64,000 bases of DNA, taken from IMG/VR virus record IMGVR_UViG_3300042446_001529, positions 34,645 to 98,644 of that record. One strand, given 5' to 3'. The notes beneath the pieces were generated by a model. That model ran no database searches, was not told where the DNA came from, and worked only from the letters and a program-made list of their open reading frames with translations. The translations under genes and the position numbers were made by a program. Positions 48,012 to 57,447 of this stretch are shown piece by piece (position 1 is the stretch's first letter; each line of letters opens with the position of its first letter). The stretch is from a virus (taxonomy: Duplodnaviria; Caudoviricetes).

Positions 48012-48377
48012 TTAGTGATTATACCGAACTTCGGTGATTATGCCCTGTTCCAGCTGATACGCCACACGTATGAACACAAATTTACCAGTGAATGTGCAGG
48101 CAGCGTTAGTAGTAACAGGTGTGCTATCTATAGCAGTTAACACAGTGTCTGAACTATCGAGAACTACATCAACCCAGTCGTTGACACCGGGATTTAGGTC
48201 TAGAGTGGCCTGTATTTTAATGCTGCCCTTGAAATTATTCAGCTCAAAAGTCATAGTATGCACACCGTTACCGTTTTTGTAATAGCCTGCACCTATGTGT
48301 TTTTCGCCGTATTGCCACGTAGAGGGCTGACTATCGTCGGTGATGTTTGATAATAATACTATAGTTTCTCTGCTCAT
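48012..48377 (-). CDS. Probable virion structural protein (beta-sandwich)
   Basis: GSIKIQATL..W..FTGKFVFIR; late promoter at 48382-48389. Confidence 0.55.
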   Translation of the reverse strand: MSRETIVLLSNITDDSQPSTWQYGEKHIGAGYYKNGNGVHTMTFELNNFKGSIKIQATLDLNPGVNDWVDVVLDSSDTVLTAIDSTPVTTNAACTFTGKFVFIRVAYQLEQGIITEVRYNH

Positions 48378-48380
48378 CAA

Positions 48381-49064
48381 CTATTTATCGCATACTATAA
48401 AGTTATATACTCTGCCCACAACGTCAGCACCACGCAGTTTCATCATTAGCAGTGTGGATTCATCTTCAACTAATACATATCTACGGTCCCAATTCCAATC
48501 TGTGGTCAAGAACCAACGTTCGATCGCAGGAGTGCAGGTTATTCTAGGGGCTTGTGATTTCAGCCAGGCTAGATATTTCTGTTTGCCTTCACGATCTTTG
48601 GCCATTTTATGCGGCATGAGATACACGCGATAGCGATATCTGTCCTTGGGCAGTTTACTCACTGTGATACAGTTCTGTGAATTATTCAACACATCGAGAT
48701 TGTTGATGTTGGGTTCAAATCTATGCACCAAGTAATCTTGGCTAGCTAGGCTGAGTTTTTCGTAGAACTCGGCATCGTTGGTATAAACATCTAGTCTATT
48801 CCTTTCAACTCTTGTTGCGTATGCATCTTCGTCGTAGGAATTCAAAAAGTCACAGATGCTGCTTAATATTTCTTTATTAGCCGTGGCCCTACGCCAATTA
48901 TCATAATGATAACCGCTGTCACTGTTGGAATTTTCTAACCAGTCCTTGATATTTGAAATAGGTTGTGTGCGAAATATCACACAACCGTCTATTTGCAGGC
49001 TGATTTTGTATAACCATTTGTTATAAAACTTACGACTGGTCGATTTGGTTTTCAGTTGTAGCAT
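48381..49064 (-). CDS. Hypothetical protein
   Basis: Long ORF overlapping clpA end. Confidence 0.65.
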   Translation of the reverse strand: MLQLKTKSTSRKFYNKWLYKISLQIDGCVIFRTQPISNIKDWLENSNSDSGYHYDNWRRATANKEILSSICDFLNSYDEDAYATRVERNRLDVYTNDAEFYEKLSLASQDYLVHRFEPNINNLDVLNNSQNCITVSKLPKDRYRYRVYLMPHKMAKDREGKQKYLAWLKSQAPRITCTPAIERWFLTTDWNWDRRYVLVEDESTLLMMKLRGADVVGRVYNFIVCDK

Positions 49065-51387
49065 CTTGTTCTTGTGTATTTGCTGCTTCAGCAATTCGTT
49101 GCGCCCTAAGAGCTTTTCTTTCTTCCTTGGTCAACGGTTTTGGTATCTCAACCACTGTGAAATCTAATTTGTCATCGATGATATCCACGGTAACTCTTCC
49201 GCCATTTACTAGATCACCGAATAACACTCTGCGACTTAGTGGGCTCTTGATCTCGTTGTCTATGATCCGTGCCAATGGTCTTGCCCCCATCTTTTTGTCG
49301 TAGCCTCGATCTGCTAGCCAACGTGTGGCCTTGGCGTTAACCACGATCTCAATGCCTTTGTCTTTGAGTTGACTGTTGAGATCAGCCACAAACTTCTTGA
49401 CGATCTGGATCACAGTGTCGCCACTGAGCTTAGAGAACTTGATCACAGCATCTAGTCTATTGCGGAATTCTGGGCTGAAATGTTTCTTAATAGCTTTGTC
49501 ATCTTCGCCATCGCGTTCTAGTTCGCCAAACCCGATGGTGTTGAGTTCATTGTCTGCTGCGCCGAGATTTGATGTCATGATCAATATTGTGTTACGACCA
49601 TCAGCTACTTTGCCATTGGATCCTGTGATAAAACCGTTGTCCATGAATGCCAACAGAATGTTCATGACATCTGGATGAGCTTTTTCAACTTCGTCTAACA
49701 GTAAGATGGCATTAGGTGTTTCTTGTAGTTTAGTGATCAACATACCAGCATTATCTTCGTAACCAACATAACCCGGAGGAGCACCGATCAATCTTGCCAC
49801 TGAATGCTTTTCCTGATACTCGCCCATGTCAAATCGTATCAACTGCATGCCCATTTTATCTGATAATTGTTTAGCAGTTTCGGTTTTGCCGCAGCCTGTG
49901 GGTCCTAAGAATAGGAATGACCCAATAGGCTTGTTAGGTGCCTTCATGCCAGCCTGACTCACAAAGATTTTATCTAACAATGTATCTACAGCATTATCTT
50001 GTCCGTAGACCACACCCTTCATCTGAGTGTCTAACTCTGAAAGATTTTTGCTTTCTTTTTGCGCCACGGTTTCTAATGGCATGTTAATCATCTTACTGAG
50101 TTCGTAGGTGACCTGTTCGATGTCTACAATCTGTGTAACACCTTCCATGCCCTCATCATCTTTGAGCTTATATCTAGCACAGGCACAGTCAATAATATCA
50201 ATAGCCTTGTCAGGCAGTTTTTTATCACTCATATATTTGACACTGAGCTTAACTGCTTGTTCGATGGCTGCATCGGATATTTTTACATTGTGATGTTGCT
50301 CGTAGTATTTCTTTAGACCTTTAAGGATCTTCACAGCCATTTCTGGTGTAGGCTCTTCAACGGTCACACGTTGGAATCGACGCATCAGCGCACGATCGCC
50401 TTCGAAGTGCTTGCGATATTCTTCCCATGTGGTAGATGCTATCAGCTTGAGAACACCTTTGGTAAGTATGGGTTTCAACATATTGGCCATGTCGTTTGAA
50501 CTGCCATTTGCAGCACCCGCACCGTTCATCATGTGTGCTTCGTCGATGAACAAGATGATCTTGCCTTTTTTCTCTAGTGCAGCCAACACCGCTTTAACTC
50601 GTTCTTCGAAATCACCACGATACTTTGATCCTGCTAGGAGAGCACTGATGTCCAAAGTATAGACTTGATGGTCCTTGATAAATTTAGGAACCTTGCCTTC
50701 GTGAATCTTACGAGCAATGCCCTCAGCAATAGCAGTTTTACCCACTCCGGGATCACCTACCATTAACACGTTGGCCTTGTTTCGACGTGCCAATACCAAT
50801 TGTATTTTTTCTATTTCGTCATCACGGCCTATTACAGGATCAAGTTTTCGCTGTTTGGCCTTGAGACTGAGATTGGTACAAAACTGATTCAATATTCGAT
50901 CTATTTGATTTGAGTTCACTATTCTTGTTTCAACTTCGGCGTCTTCGGTAACCTGCACATTTTCTTGGAAATACTTTACAAACTTTTCTTTAGTCACCCC
51001 GGCCTTGGTAAGAAAGTAGTAACCGAAACTGTTTTTCTCTGACAGCACACTGATAATGATATCTGATATCTCCATGCGCTGTCTACCGCTAAACAACACC
51101 TGTGTAAAGCAACGATTCAACACACGTTCTACGCTGTTGGTCTTTTTAGGTTTTGCGTTGGCATTAGTAGTTTTAATATCATTGAGATTGTTTTTTAAGT
51201 AGTGTTCTATATTTGTTTTAACAAATTTAGCATCAGCACCAAAACTTTCTAATAGTTTATAAGAATCCTCATCATCCATGATGCCATAGATAATATGTTC
51301 AATGGTTATGTACTCGTGACTCAAAGTCTTGGCCATCTCTATAGATTTTTCAAAAATTTCTTGTAGGCTCTTACTGGGTTCAATCAT
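49030..51387 (-). CDS. clpA: ATP-dependent Clp protease ATPase subunit
   Basis: Clp N-domain, GDPGVGKT, FIDEAH, GPTGCGKT, RLIGAPPGYVGY, IGF loop; no ClpB M-domain. Confidence 0.92.
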   Translation of the reverse strand: MIEPSKSLQEIFEKSIEMAKTLSHEYITIEHIIYGIMDDEDSYKLLESFGADAKFVKTNIEHYLKNNLNDIKTTNANAKPKKTNSVERVLNRCFTQVLFSGRQRMEISDIIISVLSEKNSFGYYFLTKAGVTKEKFVKYFQENVQVTEDAEVETRIVNSNQIDRILNQFCTNLSLKAKQRKLDPVIGRDDEIEKIQLVLARRNKANVLMVGDPGVGKTAIAEGIARKIHEGKVPKFIKDHQVYTLDISALLAGSKYRGDFEERVKAVLAALEKKGKIILFIDEAHMMNGAGAANGSSNDMANMLKPILTKGVLKLIASTTWEEYRKHFEGDRALMRRFQRVTVEEPTPEMAVKILKGLKKYYEQHHNVKISDAAIEQAVKLSVKYMSDKKLPDKAIDIIDCACARYKLKDDEGMEGVTQIVDIEQVTYELSKMINMPLETVAQKESKNLSELDTQMKGVVYGQDNAVDTLLDKIFVSQAGMKAPNKPIGSFLFLGPTGCGKTETAKQLSDKMGMQLIRFDMGEYQEKHSVARLIGAPPGYVGYEDNAGMLITKLQETPNAILLLDEVEKAHPDVMNILLAFMDNGFITGSNGKVADGRNTILIMTSNLGAADNELNTIGFGELERDGEDDKAIKKHFSPEFRNRLDAVIKFSKLSGDTVIQIVKKFVADLNSQLKDKGIEIVVNAKATRWLADRGYDKKMGARPLARIIDNEIKSPLSRRVLFGDLVNGGRVTVDIIDDKLDFTVVEIPKPLTKEERKALRAQRIAEAANTQEQDATTENQIDQS

Positions 51388-52223
51388 TACATATTTCCTT
51401 GTTTGATCTGTTTTATTAGGTCGATTTGCTCGGGTTGTAGAATTTTTGGGATTGATACTTTAATTTTTATCAATAAGTTACCTCGCTGCCTTGTGCGCAT
51501 ATTGGGCAAACCTTCACCTCTGCAACTCATTACTGTATCCGGTTGTGTACCGGGTGGCAAGTTCATTGATAATGTTTTACGATCTAGTGTTTGTATTTCT
51601 ATACTGGCTCCCAGCAATGCATCCCATACACTTACTTCTCGTTCTACAATCAACGATGTGCCTTCTCGTCGGTATATGGAGTGTTCACGCACTATGACAT
51701 TAACCAATAAATCTCCTGGTTTGAGACTGGGTATTGAATCATCGCCCATGCCTTCGTATCTAATTTGTTGTCCATGCTCTATGCCCGGAGGAATCTGAAT
51801 GTTGATCATCTTATTCTTACCAGGGATTGAAACTTCAGCGGTAAAGTCTTTGCCGTTAAGCACATCTTCTAAGGTAATTTCTACATTGATGTTCAAGGAT
51901 CTATTTCTGCGTTGAGGCTGGCGACCAAATCCGCCAAAGCCAAAGTTACCGAAAATGTCATGCATATTACCAGTGTCGAAATGAAACTCAAACGGATTTT
52001 GACCTCTACCCATGCCCGGCTGTGCATTAGGATCACCGCCAAGGTCTATGATTTGTTTTTTCTGGGGGTCGCTAAGAAATTCGTAAGCCTGTGATATTTC
52101 TTTGAACTTCTTTTCATCACCGCCTCGATCTGGGTGATATTTCATGGCCATGCTTCGGTATGCCTTTTTTATTTCGGCATCACTGGCGTTTCGTTTTAGT
52201 CCTAGGGTAGCGTAGTAATCCAT
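51387..52223 (-). CDS. DnaJ-class (type II, CbpA-like) co-chaperone
   Basis: DYY..LG, HPDRGG J-domain, G/F linker, C-terminal domain; no zinc finger. Confidence 0.9.
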   Translation of the reverse strand: MDYYATLGLKRNASDAEIKKAYRSMAMKYHPDRGGDEKKFKEISQAYEFLSDPQKKQIIDLGGDPNAQPGMGRGQNPFEFHFDTGNMHDIFGNFGFGGFGRQPQRRNRSLNINVEITLEDVLNGKDFTAEVSIPGKNKMINIQIPPGIEHGQQIRYEGMGDDSIPSLKPGDLLVNVIVREHSIYRREGTSLIVEREVSVWDALLGASIEIQTLDRKTLSMNLPPGTQPDTVMSCRGEGLPNMRTRQRGNLLIKIKVSIPKILQPEQIDLIKQIKQGNM

Positions 52224-52229
52224 GTTTAT

Positions 52230-52258
52230 ATTATATGATAAAAAAAGGACTGTGTCAA
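52230..52258 (-). promoter_or_regulatory. Consensus sigma70 promoter TTGACA-17-TATAAT; leaderless dnaJ-clpA transcript likely
   Basis: -35 at 52253-52258, -10 at 52230-52235, ATG 6 nt later, no SD. Confidence 0.8.
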
Positions 52259-52269
52259 GCAGTCCTTTT
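52240..52269 (-). terminator. Intrinsic terminator AAAAGGACTG-loop-CAGTCCTTTTTTT
   Basis: 10-bp stem, 7-nt loop, U7 tract after lysis operon. Confidence 0.8.
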
Positions 52270-52293
52270 ATTTAATTAGAAATTTACTGAGCT

Positions 52294-52518
52294 TTATTTT
52301 TTCTTTTCAGGAACTGCTGTGCCTTCATGTTTTTCACGTATTTTGACTTCTTTGCAGTTTTGTTTTGGTTTGTTGGTCTTAGGATCTATTACAGGCTTAC
52401 CATCTTTGCCCTGTTGATCCACACAGACTTTTTTAGTTTTTGGTTTGGTATCATCGGCTGCATATATAGGGAATGACATCGCTAATGCAAGTCCTGCTAC
52501 AAAAATAATGTTCTTCAT
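52294..52518 (-). CDS. Small secreted/periplasmic protein
   Basis: Sec-type signal peptide; two Cys. Confidence 0.65.
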   Translation of the reverse strand: MKNIIFVAGLALAMSFPIYAADDTKPKTKKVCVDQQGKDGKPVIDPKTNKPKQNCKEVKIREKHEGTAVPEKKK

Positions 52519-52519
52519 A

Positions 52520-52642
52520 TTAGTCTCCTTTTTTAGCTATCATAGCTTGAATTTTTTCTTGAATAATCTTTGCCCAAAATGGCTGTGGAAAATTCCATCC
52601 TACAAATGCTCCTACTGCTATCCATAGTAATGTATCTAACAT
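52520..52642 (-). CDS. 40-aa membrane protein (not in ORF track)
   Basis: MLDTLLWIAVGAFVGWNFPQPFWAK...; AAGGAG SD. Confidence 0.65.
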   Translation of the reverse strand: MLDTLLWIAVGAFVGWNFPQPFWAKIIQEKIQAMIAKKGD

Positions 52643-52654
52643 ATCCTGCTCCTT

Positions 52655-53197
52655 TTAAATTTCCGGTTGCTCTGGCTGTGCAGGCATTGGTTTGCCACTG
52701 CTAGAAACGCCTACTGATGGTTTAGCCGCTGGCGTTCCGAATCCTGGACTGCCACCAAAGCTGCTCGGTGCTGGAGTAGTAGATGTGCTTCCAAAGCTGC
52801 CTCCGAAACTGCCACTTGATGCTGGAGCACTGAAGCTTCCTGCCTGTGCACCAAATCCTGGTTGAGGTGCGCCATATGTTGTTGTGACGCTCTGTGCCAC
52901 TGGTTGCATGCCGCCATTGTTTGCTCCATTTAGTTTTTCTTGTGTGCGACCAAATGCCGCAATACCTAAAACAGCACCCATTGCGATGTGAAACAAACCA
53001 GCACCTTGTAGTGTTAATGGATTCCATTGAGTGATTGGAGTATGAGTTGCTGTTTGTAACAAACTCCATAGTACTGGGAATAAGATCATGTCAAACATAC
53101 ATACCAACATATACATCCAACCCATCATTGGACGCCACTTGCTGTTCATCCAATCTTCTTTCTTTTGTTCGCTTTCGCTTTTCACTGCTTCTGACAT
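52655..53197 (-). CDS. Holin-like membrane protein (3TM GTA-holin-like) with low-complexity tail
   Basis: WRPMMGWMY, MGAVLGIAAFGRTQEK; lysis cassette context. Confidence 0.65.
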   Translation of the reverse strand: MSEAVKSESEQKKEDWMNSKWRPMMGWMYMLVCMFDMILFPVLWSLLQTATHTPITQWNPLTLQGAGLFHIAMGAVLGIAAFGRTQEKLNGANNGGMQPVAQSVTTTYGAPQPGFGAQAGSFSAPASSGSFGGSFGSTSTTPAPSSFGGSPGFGTPAAKPSVGVSSSGKPMPAQPEQPEI

Positions 53198-53223
53198 AGT
53201 TCGCTCCTATTTGTCTTTACTAT

Positions 53224-53787
53224 TTAAAACCAAAGGTATAAACCGTTTAGGCTTAATAATATTCCAAATCCTGCTACAGCAAAGCTGCCCCAGAACATGG
53301 CCATACTAACTGCAAGAATACTTGCTGATAACACAACGATTGCTAATTGATATGCTGTTGATGCATAACCGATCCATGGACTAGACTTTTTAGCCTCTTC
53401 ACGTGCTGCTTCCATGGCACGAGCCTTTTCGGCAATTTCTTTCTTGTCAGCATCCATGCGTTCTTTTTCAGCCATGAACTCTGCTTTGATCTTTGGATCG
53501 GCTGTTGTCTTAGCCGCAATTTCGTAGCTAACACCGCGACCTGCTTTGGCTTGATACTGTGCCCAAGTATTGTTAGCACCTAGTGTATTATTTAATACTG
53601 TGCTGGACAGCTTGCCACCATACCATGCGTTAACTGCTAGTAACAAGGCAAATACAGAAATAACCATACCTGCTTTGTCTTTTAATTTTGCTTCACGCTC
53701 TGAACGTGAGCCAACTGGTGGCTTTGGTGCGTCTGGATCTTTTGGTTGTTTGTTAACTAAATTTAATACTGAATCTATCAATGCCAT
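53224..53787 (-). CDS. Membrane protein (DUF4337-like)
   Basis: TM, N.WAQYQAK, coiled coil, QLAIVVLSASIL. Confidence 0.55.
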   Translation of the reverse strand: MALIDSVLNLVNKQPKDPDAPKPPVGSRSEREAKLKDKAGMVISVFALLLAVNAWYGGKLSSTVLNNTLGANNTWAQYQAKAGRGVSYEIAAKTTADPKIKAEFMAEKERMDADKKEIAEKARAMEAAREEAKKSSPWIGYASTAYQLAIVVLSASILAVSMAMFWGSFAVAGFGILLSLNGLYLWF

Positions 53788-53811
53788 TTTTCGCTCCTAC
53801 TTAATGTCCTA

Positions 53812-54438
53812 TTATTTAACTGATTCGAAGATTTTCTTCTGTTCTCGATACCATTCCTGCCACATTCTCAATTTTTCTGCATTTTCGTGGCAGGCACCGT
53901 AGTTTTCAACGACTCTGTCGAGGAGCCGACTGGCTTCAATTCCGCTGGGGGTTCCATCAGTTGCGGCGGCACGTTCGGGAACTTCATTACGACTGGCGCT
54001 GTCGTGCAAGCTGACAGTAGACTTAGGCAAAGTACACTGAGCATCCAATTGCTTACCCGCAACTTCTTTGATAATTTCTCTGTTGACATAGACATTTTCC
54101 TTGACTACTTTAATTTTTTCTACAATTTTAGTTTCTATTACTGTGTTTACTTGCTGACTCTTTTCTTCAGCGGCTTTTACTTTTGCTTCTAATTCTTTAA
54201 CACGTTCGCGCCAAGCCATTTCTGTTCCATGGCTTCCGAACAAATAACTACCTGCTACCAGTAATACAACTCCAACTAGTTCTGCAGGTAGTTTGTATTG
54301 AGATATTAGAGGAATCCATGTAACCAACTTGCTGGCCACATACAATCCAACTCCAACAGCAATCAATAGGTAAGTGATCCAGAGAAAAAAACTATCTGGA
54401 ATCAGCGCCAGCACCCATTGAATCTGCCACACGATCAA
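53812..54438 (-). CDS. Inner-membrane spanin (Rz-like)
   Basis: N-terminal TM segments and coiled coil; follows endolysin. Confidence 0.75.
   Translation of the reverse strand: MIVWQIQWVLALIPDSFFLWITYLLIAVGVGLYVASKLVTWIPLISQYKLPAELVGVVLLVAGSYLFGSHGTEMAWRERVKELEAKVKAAEEKSQQVNTVIETKIVEKIKVVKENVYVNREIIKEVAGKQLDAQCTLPKSTVSLHDSASRNEVPERAAATDGTPSGIEASRLLDRVVENYGACHENAEKLRMWQEWYREQKKIFESVK
53868..54095 (-). CDS. Embedded outer-membrane spanin lipoprotein (Rz1-like); real start probably 54044-54062
   Basis: +1 frame inside Rz; lipobox LSAC followed by Pro-rich TTAPVVMKFPNVPPQLMEPP. Confidence 0.75.
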   Translation of the reverse strand: MSMSTEKLSKKLRVSNWMLSVLCLSLLSACTTAPVVMKFPNVPPQLMEPPAELKPVGSSTESLKTTVPATKMQKN

Positions 54439-55064
54439 TGTGCTCCGAATATATGCAGAGCGTGTTCGTAGTGTTTGATTCTATCCTCAAGACCAATAGT
54501 GCCACCGTTGATACGCTTGGTCAATGTGAGAATATCACCCTTATCTGCCCATTGGTTGAGATTGTTTTGATCCCAGAAGAAGCATGCGCTTTGTACAGCA
54601 CCTTCAAATGTCTGAAGATATTCTGATGCTTCTTCTACAGGTACCTCAATACTGGCCGCAAAGAATGTATAGTTGTCTTTGCCAGTGAGCTGTATCAGCC
54701 CACGACCGCAGTATTTGAATCCGTCGCCACTTGCTTCGTCTCCGTTACCCATGCGATTAGCATATACTCTGTTGGCAATTTTTTCGGGCTTGTTAGCGTA
54801 TGCGGCTGCAATAGCATCATCTGGAAAGTATTTGGGAAACACTTTTCTAAGACTGGCTGCTTTGTAGTTTAAATTTTCTTTGAGGAACACAAATCCACCG
54901 CTTTCGTGAGCGCATTGTGCTAGGAAAGCTGCCACACGCTGTGGAGTATTGATATCATATTCTGGAAGTATGGCATTTAGTGCATCATACCAGTTCTGTA
55001 GATACGGATTCTTTGGCAGCATTTCTTTCAGCTGCTCTTTGGTAAAATCAAATGTAAAGCTCAT
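54435..55064 (-). CDS. Glycoside hydrolase family 19 endolysin
   Basis: AAFLAQCAHESGGF..ENLNY, GRGLIQLTGKDNY, TKRINGG..GL.DR. Confidence 0.93.
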   Translation of the reverse strand: MSFTFDFTKEQLKEMLPKNPYLQNWYDALNAILPEYDINTPQRVAAFLAQCAHESGGFVFLKENLNYKAASLRKVFPKYFPDDAIAAAYANKPEKIANRVYANRMGNGDEASGDGFKYCGRGLIQLTGKDNYTFFAASIEVPVEEASEYLQTFEGAVQSACFFWDQNNLNQWADKGDILTLTKRINGGTIGLEDRIKHYEHALHIFGAH

Positions 55065-55066
55065 TA

Positions 55067-55819
55067 TCAGATCCTTTTTAATAACATTGAACGTTCGCCG
55101 TTGTTGAACACGAATGTGTCACCTACTTTGTTTATAGTGTAGTCTCCTAACACCTTTGTAAGCCAAAATGCTTCGCTGGTAGCTGCTTGGTCTACACTGT
55201 ATCCATCTGTGATGCCTTCTAAGATAGATTCTGTGTTGCCGTCTTTGACAATTTCTAATCGCACTTGAGAACCAAACGGTTTAATTATAGTTATCACGTT
55301 GCCGTCGAGATTCAGATCGTCCATCAATGTCTTTGAAAAGAATCTTTTTACATCTTCGGTGCGATTTTTATTTATAAAATCTCGATATTCATTGACACTT
55401 GAGGGAATCTTATCCTTGAGATTGCCTGTGCTGGCTTCATGCACATGATTTTGTTTATAGTATTTAAATTTAAATTCATCTAATCCAGTAAGTCTTTTCA
55501 CACCATAGGTTAGTTCCTGAATGTGTTCTGCTAGTTTAGGTGTCCTGCCAATTTCTACAAATACAGAATATTCGCCGTTGTTGTCCTCGCCACTACTGAC
55601 ATCTGCATCTAGCACGAAATTGTAGCCCTTTTCGATAAACTCCATGAGATCCTTGGCAGGAGATCGATCTTTGACTTTGAAGCTGACTACGCAGACATCT
55701 TGATCCTCGCCCATTTTTGATCTAAAGGCATCTACTTCAAATACATCGTGGACCATCTCTTTCAGGTCTGTGGGTCTCAGCCCTTCGTTAAGCTGCTGGT
55801 TGTTCTGCTGGTTGTGCAT
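55067..55819 (-). CDS. Hypothetical protein (LNE|G near N-terminus)
   Basis: Long ORF in late operon. Confidence 0.7.
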   Translation of the reverse strand: MHNQQNNQQLNEGLRPTDLKEMVHDVFEVDAFRSKMGEDQDVCVVSFKVKDRSPAKDLMEFIEKGYNFVLDADVSSGEDNNGEYSVFVEIGRTPKLAEHIQELTYGVKRLTGLDEFKFKYYKQNHVHEASTGNLKDKIPSSVNEYRDFINKNRTEDVKRFFSKTLMDDLNLDGNVITIIKPFGSQVRLEIVKDGNTESILEGITDGYSVDQAATSEAFWLTKVLGDYTINKVGDTFVFNNGERSMLLKRI

Positions 55820-56327
55820 TTGCCATATCCTGTGCTTGTTGTTCTGCTGGATCGATCGAAGCATTGATGCTGTTGGCATTTACGATGTCTTCAATCTTAT
55901 TCTTATCAAGTTCTGTGTAGCCTCGGTTGATATCACTCATGAGTTTCTTGGGCATGCTAATCTTTATCATCCATATGTCTTTGTGATCGATTTTGCCTTT
56001 GCGTGTGCCTGGCCTAATATCATCCGGAGTTTTGATCTTCCGCACTGTCGCAATCTTGCTTTCTGCTACTTGCACTCTACACCCGTATTCTAACAGACGT
56101 TTTCCGCCTGCGGGTTCAGGTAGCTGATCGTGTGGCCACATAAATGTGCATTCCACATAATATCTGCTTTCTCTCGGACCTTCTACAATTTCTCCGTCGA
56201 TCCAGTTATCGAACACGTATACATCTAATTCATCTAGTACACGCTCGAAGTCTTTGAGCAGTTGTAGGCTGTTGTTAGACCCGTAGATCTGTTCAATATT
56301 GCTGATTATGTCTTTGATATCTGCCAT
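55788..56327 (-). CDS. Hypothetical protein
   Basis: GGGAG SD; late promoter GATAAATA at 56342-56349. Confidence 0.7.
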   Translation of the reverse strand: MADIKDIISNIEQIYGSNNSLQLLKDFERVLDELDVYVFDNWIDGEIVEGPRESRYYVECTFMWPHDQLPEPAGGKRLLEYGCRVQVAESKIATVRKIKTPDDIRPGTRKGKIDHKDIWMIKISMPKKLMSDINRGYTELDKNKIEDIVNANSINASIDPAEQQAQDMANAQPAEQPAA

Positions 56328-56390
56328 AGTATCTCCCGTTGTATTTATCGTCAAAATACAAACATAACATATAACTTTTAGATCCGGGAG

Positions 56391-56456
56391 TTAAATACAC
56401 ATGTGTTCGGTCACGGACACTACGGTTTGAGGTCCGTGCCTAACACTTACAGGAGG
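56391..56456 (+). promoter_or_regulatory. TTAAATA promoter-like motif and long hairpin in phoH leader
   Basis: GTGTT/AACAC and CACGGAC/GTCCGTG stems, then AGGAGG. Confidence 0.5.
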
Positions 56457-56467
56457 GCTAACCTTAT

Positions 56468-57208
56468 ATGAAGCGAAAAAGAGCGCAAGTTCAGCAAAAC
56501 GAGCAATATGATCCACGATTTAACACAAACGTAATAAATATTGATCATAGGTTAAATGAAAAACGCAGAAGAGTACAGATTTATCCCAAGAGTCTAAGCC
56601 AAGAGACTTATCTACTTAAACTAAACGATCCCAACAAAATGATTGTATTCGCTATTGGTCCAGCCGGTACGGGTAAAACCATGCTGGCGGTTCAGTGGGC
56701 CATAGATCAACTCAAATATGGATCTGCAGATAAAATCATAGTTACTCGACCTGCTGTGAGTGTTGATGAAGAACACGGATTCTTGCCCGGGGACCTAAAC
56801 GAAAAAATGGCACCTTGGACCAAGCCAATATTTGATGTAATCGCAGAAAATTTCAATGCCAGAGAAATAGAAAATTTTATCAAAGAGGGGGTGATAGAAA
56901 CCAGTCCTTTGGCCTACATGCGAGGTAGAACTTTTAAAAATGCGGTAGTTGTAGCTGACGAGATGCAGAATGCAACGCCTAGTCAGATGAAGATGTTGCT
57001 GACGAGATTAGGACAGAACAGCAAGATGGTAGTTACAGGAGACCTACAACAAGCTGATCGTCCTAGCAACAACGGCCTACTAGAATTTTTAGGATTGTAT
57101 AATAATTTCCAAGGCCACAGATATGTGGATCTAGTAAAATTTGATGTGCAGGATGTTGAACGTCACGAAGCTGTTAAGGAGATATTAGCAATCTACGGCG
57201 ACGATTAA
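56468..57208 (+). CDS. phoH: PhoH-like ATPase
   Basis: GPAGTGKT, TRPAV, GFLPGDL.EK, AYMRGRTF, DEMQN, TGD..Q.D. Confidence 0.95.
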   Translation: MKRKRAQVQQNEQYDPRFNTNVINIDHRLNEKRRRVQIYPKSLSQETYLLKLNDPNKMIVFAIGPAGTGKTMLAVQWAIDQLKYGSADKIIVTRPAVSVDEEHGFLPGDLNEKMAPWTKPIFDVIAENFNAREIENFIKEGVIETSPLAYMRGRTFKNAVVVADEMQNATPSQMKMLLTRLGQNSKMVVTGDLQQADRPSNNGLLEFLGLYNNFQGHRYVDLVKFDVQDVERHEAVKEILAIYGDD

Positions 57209-57447
57209 TCTTTAGGGAGGTAGGGGGTCAAGCGATCCCCTAACATTCTTTTATAAAACTCGATCATGTCATCATATCCTGCATCAGGATTGAGCCCGTT
57301 TTTGATCACAGTTTTCTTTTCAAAGTCTAGTATAACCTTGGAAGTCTGGATATCTGTGGTTCTGTAGTGCCTTTTGAATTCAGTGACTTCGTCGTATTTG
57401 CCATCAGGCTTCTTGATGTATTTCACTATCATGTATCTATTATCCAT
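57205..57447 (-). CDS. Hypothetical protein
   Basis: ORF converging on phoH. Confidence 0.65.
   Translation of the reverse strand: MDNRYMIVKYIKKPDGKYDEVTEFKRHYRTTDIQTSKVILDFEKKTVIKNGLNPDAGYDDMIEFYKRMLGDRLTPYLPKD

Noticed and set aside
53812-53960. Programmed -1 frameshift joining the o-spanin to the i-spanin C-terminus
   Set aside because: No clear X XXY YYZ slippery site at the junction; a simple embedded gene explains the sequence.
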